64,000 bases of DNA from Anthoceros angustus (GCA_010909165.1 VJWM01000186.1:1-64000); one strand, 5' to 3'; counted from the stretch's first letter, positions 12,413-25,375 are shown. The notes: generated by a model from the letters alone, not told the origin. Program-made: numbers and translations.

Positions 12413-12770
12413 ACGTCAATCTCGCCCCCTGCGTGAGATTATGTACGGCATTGCATCAAAGTTAGTGCTGGTACCTCCGTTCGTCCAGTCTGCTAACTAG
12501 GCCAACTTGTCAATAACTTCATCCCACAGCCTCCGCCACAGGTATGCAGGGTCTATCTCTGCCAGCACGGCCAGCTCAGAGATGGGACGGCCAGCATAAA
12601 ACAGCAAAGAGAAATCCACAACGTTCTCTTCGGAATACACCATCTACTTAGCTTTCGTCGGCAACCGTGGGCCCTCTTCGCAACGTATGTTGAAACACTT
12701 GGGTCTTCCACGAGCTCTTCGATGCTGGCAGTCGCAATGTCGAGCTCCAGAAGGTAGGGATTGCTAATGT

Positions 12771-13218
12771 GCAAAAGTCGATCACGTCCCCTTTGGGCCC
12801 GTCCGTCGATACCCCCCCTTTTTCTTCCAAGAGCCTCGCATCCACCGCCACTCTAGGAGCTGTATGGCTGTCCTTCCAGCCGAAAAACATCAGCAATCCG
12901 CCTCTCCTCGCGGATCGCTGCCCTTTTGACGACCCCCGCTTGGCGCCGTCCGCGACTAATCACGGGCGATCCACTTGGGAAGCCCGCGGCGCCGTCCGTG
13001 ATTCCGGTAGAAGCCGTAACCTCGCCGTAATTACATACAGCTTGGCGCTTCATGCTCGGCTTCTGTCTTTCGACTTGTTGCCGTGTCAAACCTCATACGC
13101 ATCGGAGATGGGCATACACATGCCCATAACAATCCATGCACATGAGCATGTGATGGTCACGCACACCCCGCATGCACACATACCCATTGCACTCTCTAAC
13201 ATCCTATTTGCCATGACA
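12771..13218 (-). repeat. 5' LTR-like repeat A1 of the MTase Gypsy element
   Basis: Starts TGTCATGGC on the minus strand at 13218. High identity (few substitutions and indels) to 50273-50728. Confidence 0.75.
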
Positions 13219-13239
13219 ACGCCCTTTCTGCAGAGAACT

Positions 13240-14685
13240 TTGGTTGGACAATTTACCTGCAGCAAGGGAAGGGAGCGCAAGTGCACCGAGCTCATCTGGA
13301 CTGAGGATCATGAGCGGAATCGGAGTAGGAGGGGGCTTGCAACAACCCCACAGTCGCCAGCAGTATGTCAAGTTTGGGGAAAAGAAAGGCTGACGACGCA
13401 GGCGTTGGCAAGCACTTTGAGCATGTCTCATGCTAACCGGAGGATACGGTTGCCGATCGGCTGCGCATCTTTCTTGGATTGCTGAGAGGGCATGCCCAAA
13501 GAAGCAGGCTGAGTCAATGGTGGCAAGTGCACCCGTAGATTGGGATTCTTTGAAGACTGCCTTTCTGAATCATTTTCGGGGTCTCAGTTACGCTCACCAC
13601 ATCCTGGCAAAATTGAGAACTCTCGATAGGAAGAAGAGGGAGTCCTTGTTTGATTATGTTGAGAGGTTCTATGGCTACTTAGATGGAGTGCCGAAGTGTG
13701 TGCCTATGATGCCGGGAAATCCACCCACATCAGGATACTCACAAGAGCAAGCGTTGGACTGGTTTGTGAGTGGGTTATCTCGAAAAATGGAGGTACACTA
13801 CAAGCGAGGGACGAAGACGTTGGCTGGAGCAATCCGATTAGCGGAGGAGTGGGAATCGGCTGAGCTAGGAAGGAGGAGGAAAAAGAGACGGAGTCACAAG
13901 AAGAGGAAGGGGTCCAAGAGGTCTAGCTCTTCTTCTTCTTCCTCCTCTTCCACTCATCCTCATCTTCTTCTTTTGAAAATGAGGAGAGTGGTACCCAGGA
14001 GAGCTCCACATCAGATGAAGAATCCGAGAAAGCCTACGAACGACGCATGAGGAAGGACTTGGAGAAAGTTAAGAAGAGGCAGGAAGAAGTTGAACGTGCA
14101 CTGAAGAAGGAGAGGAAAGAGAAGACGGTTTGACGGATGGAGAAGGGGGAAACTTCCGCTGCAGGAGGGGGGATTGCAAGACAAGTGGAGGCTTTGACAA
14201 AAAGATTGACAGAATTGGAGGTCAAGGCTGTGAAAAATCAAGCTCCACGGAGGTCACCTTCACCTGCAAGACAGTTGGTGTATTGCTCAATTTGTCATCA
14301 GACAGGACACACCAACCGGGAATGTATTTGAGCACCGCGGCATGTTGTGAATCACGTGGAATCTGTCATGCCTGGTGATTATTGGTACGTGGATGAAGCT
14401 TACCAAGTGCAGGTAGTCACTGGAAGTCGACCGCCTCAGTCGATGAGGGCGACTTACCAACCTGCAGTACCAGTCGCTGTGAGGTATGGATCACGGCCTA
14501 CCTCACTAGGACCATGGAGACCAGAACCGTCACAGAGGCCGATGGCAATTCCACCTGGGTGCTGCTACAATTGTGGGGCACCTGGTCATTATTCGAATGA
14601 TTGCCCAGAACCTCGAAAACAAATGGGTTTTGTACCTTTTTGTCAAGTATGCAAGGAGTTGGGGCACAAGGTTGGCGATCTGTAA
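13240..14685 (+). pseudogene. gag: Ty3/Gypsy gag with three zinc knuckles
   Basis: WDSLKTAFLNHF...ESLFDYVERF...WFVSGL (13430-14050); CSICHQTGHTNREC, CYNCGAPGHYSNDC, CQVCKELGHKVGD. Confidence 0.85.
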
Positions 14686-14830
14686 ACGATCTGGTATTGG
14701 AAACTCCTATTGCCTTGTGATTTTTTTTTTTTTTTTTGCTAAGTTTGGTGTCAAGAAGAGCTGGGTTGTTAGTAGGAAGGAATATTTATAGCATAAGTGT
14801 CCTTAGCCTATGGGTTTGGGTTGTTTCCTA

Positions 14831-16740
14831 GGTTAAATAATAAATGGTCCTTGGACCATAAACTCGATACTCCTTGGCCTTTGGTCTCGAATATCTAATA
14901 AAAGTCTATATATGTGGGGGGTCCTCATCGAGGTAGCTAAGTGCTAAGTCCATAGGCTAGTGGTCGAACCAACCGGAGCTGTAGTTGAACTAGTGTGTGG
15001 TCATCAAAAGTGCCGGCTATGTTCCATGGTAGGAGAGAACCGAAAGGTGGTCGCGAAGGGAGAAGTGAAAGGCCGGCGGGTCGGGGAATTTTGAGGATAT
15101 AACCCTAAGAAAACTCTAAAGGCCGGGAGGCGATTCATTTATGGAGCGCAACGATCACGGTCAAGCAAGCGCCGAGGAGCTAAGCGGGGCATGAAGCAAC
15201 TGGAGCGAGCCAGGGCGTATGAGCTGAAGCTGGGGGGCAGCACCGCAACCGGCAGGAAGGTGCGAGGCGCAGCAACGGAGGGAGGCAGCTTCGAACCCTC
15301 ATTGGTGAAGGCGGCGAGCTCGCGGCGCTGAAGAAGGAAGGCGCTGCTGGCGGAGGCAAGCTCGCGAGGCCGTGGAGGTAGGAACCCTGGGGGACTGACC
15401 AAGTTGGAAATTCTGAGGCGAGCTATCAACAGTTCGAGGCGCCGGGGGGCAGTGAGGTTGTTGTAGGAGCATGGCGCCCAAGGCCGCAGCAGAAATTTCG
15501 ACCGCCCAATGGCCGAATATGGACCATTGGAAGGTCCGAGCTGGAGGATTGGTGAGGGAGCTGGGGCTCAGCTTCATGGAGAAACGATGGAACTATGTGA
15601 GCCTAAGTTTGGTGCAGGAGTGTGCTCGCTAGCTAAAGGCTAAGCAACCAAGAGAAGGAATCAGAGCGAGGCCCCAGGATTGGGATATCGAATTGGTCAG
15701 GGAGGTGTATGGGCGCAGCGAGGAGGAAGCGGGAGGATTGGTGATTGAGCCCTCCCGGAAGAGGAGCAAAACGGCAGCAGCAGCGCCTCTGGTCAAGATG
15801 GGCGTAATTCGGGAACCCAATGGATGGTTGACCCGAGAAATGGTCTCTGCGCAGCTTATGGGTCTGGCTAGATGGCTCCTTTGCTTCCTGCAGCACAAGA
15901 AGCAAGATTATTTGTCTGACCATTTGCTGCTTTTTCTCCATGAAGTTGTCAAGGGTACAAGGATCGATTGGGGCCAGATTATTTTTGACAAGTCAGGTGG
16001 AGGAGAGGTCAATCGACCTCCCTTCCCTCGCCTCCTTAATTTCGCCCTTCCTGGTTCACCTGTATGCACACTCTAACTGTTTGCCTAAGATAGAGATTGT
16101 GGCCTCCCTCCACAGTGGAAGCGAGGTGGAGGTTCTGTGGGAGGATTTGTCAGATCAGCGGCGAGGGAGGAGGGCTCGTGGAGGTGACAGCAGAGGACGG
16201 AGGGCCAGGCGACCAAGTCGGAGGAGGGCGCGAAGATAACGTAGGCAAAGAGTAGTGGCATCCTAGGAATAGAACCTTGGATAGGGTGCCATCCTGGACC
16301 TAAGATCGTTCGAAATTGTAGGGGCGCGATAAGGAATCAAATCCAACAATTATCCAACAAGTGGTAGGAGGTAGGCCCTACAATTGTTTGTTGTTGGTAG
16401 GTCCCGAGGCGACTAAAGCAAACATGGGAGGCGCGGCCGCCGAGAGTTGGTGGTTGAGGATGCCAATTGTGGGAAGGCAATGGGAAAGGAATAGGACGAT
16501 CACGGGGTGGTGAAGTCGTTGCAACGTAGGGGGTCCCCGCGAGCCTCCACCTCCGTGGGGGTGTGGACCTATAGTCGAGGGTGGGCAGGTCGGAAGCTCC
16601 ACGAGGACGGAGGCGTGGCTCCTGCGGAGTGAGTTGAAGTTGACACTGTGTGAGGGAGCTTGGGGGTGGAGAGGTGTATGGTTTTGGATAACAGTGAGAC
16701 AAATAAGAGTCTCATGGGAAAACCTATTGTAGAAGGATAG
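14831..16740 (+). mobile_element. Family X paralogue with accessory ORF (15693-16076)
   Basis: Similar to 381-3250; peptide LARWLLCFLQHKKQDYLSDHLLLFLHEVVKGTRIDWGQIIFDK. Confidence 0.6.
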
Positions 16741-16759
16741 TGGACAAGTGTGGCCACTA

Positions 16760-18840
16760 GAGGGTGAATCTGGAGCCAGATTGACACAAGGTCAAAGGAA
16801 GAACCAAGCTCCATGGAGGTCTCCCTCGCCAACAAGGCGACGTTGGTGTATTGCTCAATTTGCCATCAAATGGGACACACCAACAGGGAATGTATTTGTG
16901 CACCACGAAACCATGTGGTCATGCCCTGGGACTATTGGTATGTGGATGAAGCTTACCGGTGCAAGCGGTCACCGTAAGTCGGCCACCTCAATCCATGAGG
17001 GCAACTTACCAACTGCAACACGACCCTCGAGGTATGGATCGCGACCGCCGCCAGTCCATGGAGGCCTCGATCCATCACGAGCCGATGGCGGCAATTCCAC
17101 AAGGATGTTGTTATAATTGTGGCACACTAGGACATTACTCGAATGATTGCCCAGAACCCCGAAAGCAAGTGGGTTATGTGCCCTTTTGTCAGGTATGCAA
17201 GGAATTGGGGCATAAGATGGGGGATCCCAGGTGTTCGGGGGTGGCGCGAGTGGCACCAACGCGACTGTGGGGTCGAGGTTCACGGTCATGGCGGAGGAGA
17301 CACGAACCAACCTCAAACCAAGGACATAAGAACCACGACGCCCATGTCAAGGTAGAATAACACGATTTCCTCGACGACTCGCATGTGACATCGTGAATTG
17401 TGGAAGGGTACGAGGAGAGATGAGCGGATGAAGGATTGATGGTGGCCAAGGTGACCACGCCGACGAGAAGGATCAAGGTGGAAAGAGGCGTGGCCACGAG
17501 GAAGAACGGAAGCGGAGGAGGGTGAGGGATGACTTGCCTTGGCCTCCGGAGACGCGGGGCACCCAGCCGCGCGAGGAGGGGGAGGAATGACCCCACCCTA
17601 CCGGGGTAGGGCGTATCATCATGCAGGTCCGGCACTCTGAGGGTAGGCGGGCACCTCGGTAGGGCGGAACGAGGAAAAGCTGAATGAGGGGGAGGAATGG
17701 TCTACGTTTCCGCCCGATATCAGCCGCGAAGTGGCGGCAATGCTGGAGGAAGAGTTGAAGCGGCTCACCCAACATTCGAGGGAGAAGGGAGCGGAGCCAG
17801 ACATTGTGGAGCCGCCGGGTATGGAGTCCCACCCGACTGGATGGACCGCGGATTCGGGAAGTTTACCAATAAGGTCGGAATCAACTAGCGTCAGGGCTGT
17901 AAACGGGGAGGAAACCTTGTCGATAAAATCTTGATTTGACACATTGCTGATCACAGTGGTCAACTTGAGGCAGCCATGAAGTCAAGGTCCCAAGATTGTA
18001 AAGGAAGCGATGGGGCATCCACGAGGCTATGGGGACGAGACGGCGTGGAGGTGAACGTGGGTAACTTGTTGATTTGGGGCACCCGAGATTGAGGTTGAGA
18101 TTGGATGTTTGGTGCCCAATGTGCCATTGATTCGGGATCGAGTCAACTTGATGACTGAGAAACGACTCATCAACTTGGGTTCACCAAGTTTCATCCGTCC
18201 GAGTATTTTTGCGGATACCGACCAAACAAGGAGGAAGCCACCGAGTGAAAGCGGAATGCCCAACCTGTGATTGAGGTCCTGCCTTCCACCTCACCTACAT
18301 TGTTATGAGGCCCGTGTCGGATTTAGGCTATAAGGTTTTGATAGGCGACCTTGGCTTATGGTACCTCTTGTGTCTTTGATTTCGTGAGTGGCGTCACCTT
18401 CAAGTAGGGAGGGACTGCGAGGTGGCTAGTCGTGTCATGGAGCAAGGCACCATGAGGAGGGGAGTCCGCGCCGGTCCGATGGGTACACCTCGGGAAATGC
18501 GGGTAAGCTCCTCCAAGGACAGCCAGACCCTCGGTTGAGGTCGGTGAAATAAAGAGTGATTTGGTGCATTCACGCTGTATGTAGAAGATGTCGTAGAAGA
18601 GTCAAGGATGAGGCACATAGGGAAGGAGTAGCCTTTTGGAGGGGTAAGGCCTATGATCGTGATTTTCCGAGGAGGGATCCGGAACTAGTGCGGTCAGGAG
18701 GGACATATGTAGACCCCGACAGTAGAAGACTTGGAGTTAGAACCTAGCAAGATAGTCAAGGTTTCTAAGCATCTAGGATAGAGAAAGAGGAGTTTTGTAG
18801 TGTGCTTAGGGAGTATGTCGATGTGTTTGCCTTCAAGATT
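16760..18840 (+). mobile_element. pol: Gypsy gag knuckles, protease and pre-RT linker remnant (second copy of the 13240-14685 family)
   Basis: CYNCGTLGHYSNDC and CQVCKELGH (16959-17360); frameshifted protease IDSGSxVNLMTE near 18120-18160; linker KIVKVSKHL...LREYVDVFAF near 18750-18835. Confidence 0.7.
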
Positions 18841-19517
18841 CTTGTGGCGCGACTTCGATAGCGGCATAATCCCGTGTTGTTGTACTAAGGGTCCGCTCCC
18901 AAGAGAATGATGGGCTCCGTTGTCGCCGATCGCGACTGTTTCGGACTCAAAACACATACGTTTATCGCTTCCATGCTATTACCCGTGATGTCCACCGAGC
19001 AGGGCTTGAGGAAACGTTTAAGACCTGCTTTGCGTCCGTATCATTCCATCGTCTCTCATACTTCTAGTCTGTCCTCTTACCACTCTCGTTACACTCATCT
19101 AAAATCACTCACGCCAAAATCTCCACATCTCGCGACACTCAACGTCCTTGAAAAAATGGGCGGGCTGTGGTCGGACCTCTCTCCGTCATTCACTGGGCCT
19201 CTCCATCCGGCTCTACACGCCTCCCGGAGTTCCTCCGCTCACCTGCCCGGCCCGCCAACGTTATTCGCTCGCGACGAGCAAGGGTCCCCTTGCCGTCGTC
19301 TGCACACCATATGTTAGGTCCGTCACGGGACCCGGATCCTCTCCGAGCGCCGTGCCTCCCGGTGACTCAGACTCACGTTAGCGAAGACGACAAGGGTCCG
19401 TAAGGAAGCCAGGCATCAACACCAAGAAAAGATCCTTTACTAGAGCAAACTCAGCCCTCTTATACTACGCCCAAGGTTGGCATCTTTATTACACTCCTAT
19501 TCTCGAAAGGCTACCAA
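18840..19517 (-). repeat. Probable LTR (family Y-related), continuing at 25381-25920 and split by the Copia insertion
   Basis: 25480-25650 is the reverse complement of the conserved block at 43460-43660 and 57470-57660. A TATAAGAGG-like box near 19460 resembles the one at 57712. Confidence 0.4.
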
Positions 19518-19522
19518 GGCTA

Positions 19523-22500
19523 TGTTTATTTTGCGAGGAGCAAAAAACAGACTTTGTAAAAATGATTCAACAAAAGTGTGTTGAACAAATACATATGGCC
19601 TCACTATATATGTAACTCAAAACAGGTTCACATGACCAACCCTAACTAGCCGCACCCTTTTATATTTAACACTCCCTCTAAAGGTAAGCTAGGTTAGGTT
19701 AAACGCGTTCACACCGCCTGAAAACCACGCCCGACTTCACGCTGTACCGTGACGCAAGCCTAGCGTAAACTCCCGCCGCCATAAGAATCCTCCACCATCC
19801 TCTTTACCATTTGCATGCTTCGTTATGCCTCTTCATCTCGAGCACTACTCCACGCAGAGCAATCGAAAGCATGAGAACTCGAAGGGAACGAGCTACGAGT
19901 GCCACAAGTGTATCGAGAAGGAAAAGGAAGGAGAATCCATGAGAGGATTCGATCACGCATAATCACCACCAGGGACACCATGTCCCACACTGGAATGAAA
20001 TTGGTAGTGTGTCAATCGCTACGCCTAAACATGGTCCTTTGCCGGGTCGAGGCGAAGGACGGAGGAGCAAGAGCATCAACGGGATGCGCTACTCCATACA
20101 TGCGCCCCAATCTTGGCCGCCAAGCTAAAGATGGCCATGGAAAGAATAATGAGTGGAGCTTATCTTTGGCGGCACCACCGCCGGGTGACAAAGAGGATGT
20201 GAAGCGCTATATGAGAGAAGTATCGCGTTGCTGTGAGATTAGGTCTTAAGGTAAGCTTCATCCTCCTCGCAAGGCGTCCATCTCCCTCTTCGTTTCACTA
20301 ACGAAATGTGTGGTGTCGCACTCTGTGTTCCTCCAAGGAAGACCGAGGCACAACACACCCAAGGGAACCTTCGGGTTCCCACCCCACCCCACCAGATTAA
20401 GTTATCCGAAATACTTGGTATAGCCCGTGCCTAGCCACGAAAGATGTTGGTAGTTTATGCTTTGCCAATCCTTTCGTTAGCACGGACGTTAGAATTGTGT
20501 GCACATAACCCACCTTCACGACTCCACGCTCCACTACATCTCTAATGTAGTGATGTTGAATTTCTATATGCTTAGTGCGGAAGCGCGTGGATTAGCGACA
20601 AGGGCTATGTTATCACACATGATAGGTGTCTGGTCTGTCGAGGTCATGAAGGAAGGTCCTTTCCCATTCACCTCCTTTGAAGCTCAATGATTTGTACGCT
20701 CATGGAAGATGGCTATGGAAGATTGCTTTACACTTCACCAAAATAAAGAAGGAAGATAATCAGTGAAGGGTGAGTGTCTCCTCCGATAGAAGAGTCCATA
20801 ATTGTGGGTTCCTTTGAGATAGCGGAAAATGGCTGACAAGAGCCAATGTGTTCTTCCCGGATTCTCGAAATTGTGATACTATGCTTACATCGGATATCCG
20901 CCTTGTCCTTCGCTAAGAAGATTAGATCCAATCGATGTCTCAGGGGACATCCTTCATGTCCTTAATTTCTTCCCGGGATTGTGGGCACCGGAGACTGGTA
21001 AGTTTCACATAGCGAAAGGAGTAGTCGAGGGTCTAGCTGTTTGAACTTGCGCAAAATGTCATTGATATATTTATGGTGAACTATCGAGCCCTTCCTCTCG
21101 CCTTAAGATTTGAACTCCCAACAGATTTAAGTTCTCTGTCTTTCATCTCGAACTTGGTACTTAGCTTATGCTTAACATCGCCTTAGAGTGTTCTTGTTAG
21201 GCAAGAATGACATCGTCAACATATAGGGCTAATATGACGGCCGCTCGATCGAGTCGGTAAACATTAGAGTCTGCTTTGGACAAAGGATATCGAGGTGAAA
21301 TATGCATAGTGATATACCATATTCGCCACTTTGTTTTAGTCCATATATACACTTGAGCAATTTAAGCACTTTGGTGGGATGTTCGGGATCTTCATATCCT
21401 TCAGTGTGCCATATACAGTCTTCATCCAGGTCTCCATAGAGGAAGGCTGCACACATCCATTTGTCAGAAGTCAAGGTTCAACTCTGAGCCGCAGATGCGA
21501 ATGGATTGTGCTCGAACAAGGTGAGAATGTTTCTGGTAATCTAGGCCCTCAACTGGTAAATCCTCTTGCCACCGTGGCTTTGTATCCGCAATCTCCCTTT
21601 GGAGTTTAAGTTTAAAAACCCACTTACAAGAGATGGCTTTGCGTCCGGTGGGAGGTCGATTTGCCGTCTTGTTCTTGAGCAAAGATTGGTATTCATCCTC
21701 CACCGCACCGCCACTTGGAGCAACTGGGCCATGGAGGGCTTCCTTGTATGATAGGGGTTCCTCGGAGGATATTCGTATAGCACCAAAAGCCAAGATGTCA
21801 AAAATCGATGGATTGATAATAGGGTTCTAACCATCGGTCCGAGGTGGCCTATGGCGTGTGGAGCGTCAGAGGGTGGTTCAGAGCGAGTCCTCGAATGCCG
21901 AACGGTCCGGTGACATCCTCCTCATCACCGAATTTGAACTATCATTTGCGGTGAGATCATCTGTTGGTTCACCCGGGTCACTGTAGGGTGAGGGGCAACA
22001 ATGGGGAGCCTCATGAGTCATCTACATCTGCAGATGGAAGGTTAGGGGTTCTTCACGTCATCCGTAGGGAAGGTGACGATCAAAGCTTTCATTTGCATCT
22101 ACTCCCTCTAAAGGGTTAGAGGGTGTGGGTTGGTAGTCGTGTGCAAAGGTTCTACGAAGGTGACACTGCGGCAAGGACTAATGATTGAGTGTCGGGTCAT
22201 AGAGTTTGTACGCTTTCACATGTTCACTGTACCCCACAAAAGTAGGCGTTGGCCCTCTAACTTCTTGCGTTTTCACAGGAATATAGGCGAAGGCCTTGGA
22301 TCCAAATACTCGGAGGTGGAGCAAACTAGGCTTTCGATGCGAAAACCTCATAAGGAGTGTCCGGATGTGGTAAGTATCCTGTTATATATATGGTCGTAAC
22401 AATGCCTCCGCCCAATACTCTTGAGGTAAGTTGGCATGAAGTAGCATCCTCGGTCATTCCAAGTAGCGTCGATTTTCGTCAGCAACTCCGCATTCGTTGT

Positions 22501-25375
22501 CGAGTGTATGGAACAATAAGTTGTCTTTGAATGCCTGTCTTGAAGGTAATCATCAAAGGCATTGTTGACAAATTACATCCCCATTATCACTGCGTAGGAC
22601 TTTAAGTAGGCATCCATTGTCTTTGTGCAAGTGGGAGCCACCGCTTAAAGTGCATGAGAGTGTCGCTGTGTGCATGGGAAAGGTCCGAGTACCGACTAAA
22701 GTCGTCGTGAGGTTAGATAGTAGTGCTCCACCTAGAGATGGCTCGTGGATCTTTCCAGATATCGCATGCACAAGTGCAAGGATGCTTTGCTCTATGCGCT
22801 TTTGGGGAATGGTAGCTCGCTTTGGCAAGGATGCACGACTCACGATGGGAAGATCCTAAAACAAGCGGTAGGGGTTCTCTGTGGCAACCTATGCGTGACA
22901 TGTCAATAAGTTTATGCTCATTAGCGTGTCCTAGCCGTACAGAGATGCTAAGCGGGTTGACTTCATATTGACGAAACGAATGACTTACAGGATGAGGAGA
23001 ACACCTTCTAACTCAGTAAGTCATGGTCGAGGATACCTCTAAATGCACATGCGCCAAAGGAATTCTTCGTAAAAGCAGAGCATCATCGCACGTATCTCAT
23101 ACGCTCGTCGCATGATCTTGCTCATTGAGAGAAGATTCTTGGCCATTTCACAAATAGAACTCCAGCGATCTTCAAAGTTGTGTTGTCACGAGAATGAAGG
23201 TACATTGCCCATGTCCTTCAACTTTAAGGCTAGTGTCACTCCTTTCATCACCAAGCGGACTTTATCCTTCATTCGCACATTGTTAAACTAGAAAATAAAT
23301 TCTTGTTGTTGCGATATGAGTGGCTCTGAGTCCAAGAACCAATCATATGGCGTGTGATGAAGTTGTCCTCTGCAGTGAGGATCTTCACCGTAGCCTTAGA
23401 GTTTTCTCCTTTCTCCTTGACAACAACATTCCGACGGGTCTTGTGGATTGTGGTCGTTGTGGCTCACCACCTTTCTTCTTGCGGCACTCACGTGCCCAAT
23501 GTCCAGCGGCACCACACCGATAGCTCGTCCGCTTGGGCACTTGAGGAAGATGGGGCACCATCGACCACCACCGTGTCCTACCCGATTTCTTAAACCGAGC
23601 GGTGAGCACCTTGTCGCTTTTGTTTCTAGATCCAGGCAAATAGGCGTCCTTGCTCTTCCGAAAAGGGCACCAATAACTTCAAGCTTAATGGTGACAGGTT
23701 ACCAAGCAGAGGATGCTGGTGAGCAATTCGGATGGGTCCATTTGTGTGGAGATAAAGTTTTGGTAGGAGGAGGGCTGCTCAATAGTTGAGCAATGACCTC
23801 TTGTCCATCTTGCAGCCAAGGGCAACTATTTGAGCTCTCGATGGCGGAACTTGGTGACATGAGATGCCACTTTGTCTCCCTCCCTCATCGCAGCCCATAG
23901 AATTCCTGGCGCACATAGGGTAAGAATATTATGTATATGTGGCTGCAAGTTGATTCCAAATCTCAAGCACGGTGAGATACTCGACATCGCACGAGGTCGC
24001 ATCCGTGCCTCCAATAAGTAGAGCAAGTGCTATTGAGTTCGTTGGTCCCACTTTTGGATGTCATTAATTAAGGGGAGGCGAGGAGTCGGGTCGTTTCTTA
24101 AGTGTAGCATCGACCACGCTCACACCTCGCGCAACGTAGTGGACTTCATTCGAACTTTCCGAGACTTGGTATCTTGTTCCATTGAATCGATCCTTTTCTT
24201 TGAGTTCGAGGTAAGGATGGTCCCGCAAGATTGGGAGATCGTCCCCGAGCCGAAGCCATGACGAGGTGGTATTCTCGCCCGGATTGTAAGTTGAGACGAC
24301 CAAGTTGTGTCGGGTTGATCTATAGACGCTAGGTACATGCGTAATGTGACCTTCCTGTTATGACTCGTGGAAGAGAAAACACTAATTACAATGTTACCCG
24401 ATTGACTTCCTTGCAGGACTTCTAATATTTGATTCGCAGGAAGGAAGTGTTCCAGAAGAGATAACTAAACCGTCGATATGTTGTGAAGAGGCGCGATCGT
24501 AGGTTCGGATCCCGAGGTCCCGAGATGCGGGGGTCGACGCCTTGATGACGCCGAGTGACATGGAGGATGCCAGCGACGCTTCATCAAGATTGGTGACGCC
24601 ACCTCCGTCCAGGCCAGCCTCCGCCGCTCTGTGGAAATGGTCAAGATGCAATCACCAGAGGGAGAGATTGCTTGATTTCTCTCCTCTGTTGGCGCCCAAG
24701 CTCAATCTTTTTCATGAGATCAACCACTTCATTGATCCGGTATTTGATTGAGCTTGATGCGCTTATGATTGCTCGTCCCGATGTGTTATCAAGGTGATCA
24801 ACTCTGGTCTTAATTTCTTCCGATTTGACAAAGACTTCGATAAGGATCTCTCGACCCTAGTGACGCTTGCAAATAGTCTAGCTCGCCTTGATCGCCTTGT
24901 CATTGGGTGTGACAATCACATGGTAGTTCGACGGAGGAGCCGTGAGGATTTGTTGATCGGTGATAAACAAATCCCCACCCCTCTAGCATCTTTCTGTCTG
25001 CATTGTCAACCATGTGATTCCCTGTAATGGACGTGATCTCGGTCCCGAGAGTGCCTTAGCAAAGTCCTTGACCGATGTAGGGGTAATCCTGCTCATGTGT
25101 CTAGAATAGTTTCTAGGGGTTATGTGCTTGTGGAGGAGAGATTCCTCCACGCCAGTGCGGCCTCTTCTATACCACTCACGCGGCTTCGACTCATCATTCA
25201 AGGAAGATAGAATCCAAAGTAGCTCGATACCATGTTTATTTTATGAGGAGCGAAAAGCACTTTGTAAAATGATTAAACAAAAGTGTGTTGAACAAATACA
25301 TATGGCCTCACTATATATGCAACTCAAAACGGTTCACATGACCAACCCTAACTAGCCGCACTTTTATATTTAACA
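19523..25375 (-). mobile_element. Structurally complete but frameshift-riddled Ty1/Copia element with very short LTRs
   Basis: LTRs 25233-25375 and 19523-19671 (TG...CA); PBS TGGTATC-GAGC (tRNA-iMet) 25221-25232; PPT TTAGAGGGAG next to 19672; TSD GGCTA/TGCTA (4/5). Peptides: gag KEKDRFNG, CYRCGAAGHWAREC, LRSDNG, KAISCKWVFK, RYLKGT, CDN...RTKHIEIQHHYIRD. Confidence 0.9.

Noticed and set aside
12769-13485. 238-aa plus-strand ORF (and 50270-50743)
   Set aside because: Antisense read-through of the LTR-like repeat and the adjacent gag leader; no domain features.
13915-13975. Poly-Ser/(TCT)n tract
   Set aside because: Low-complexity linker inside gag.
14721-14737. Poly-T run as a possible retroposed poly(A) tail
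   Set aside because: No TSD or LINE/SINE body recognisable.
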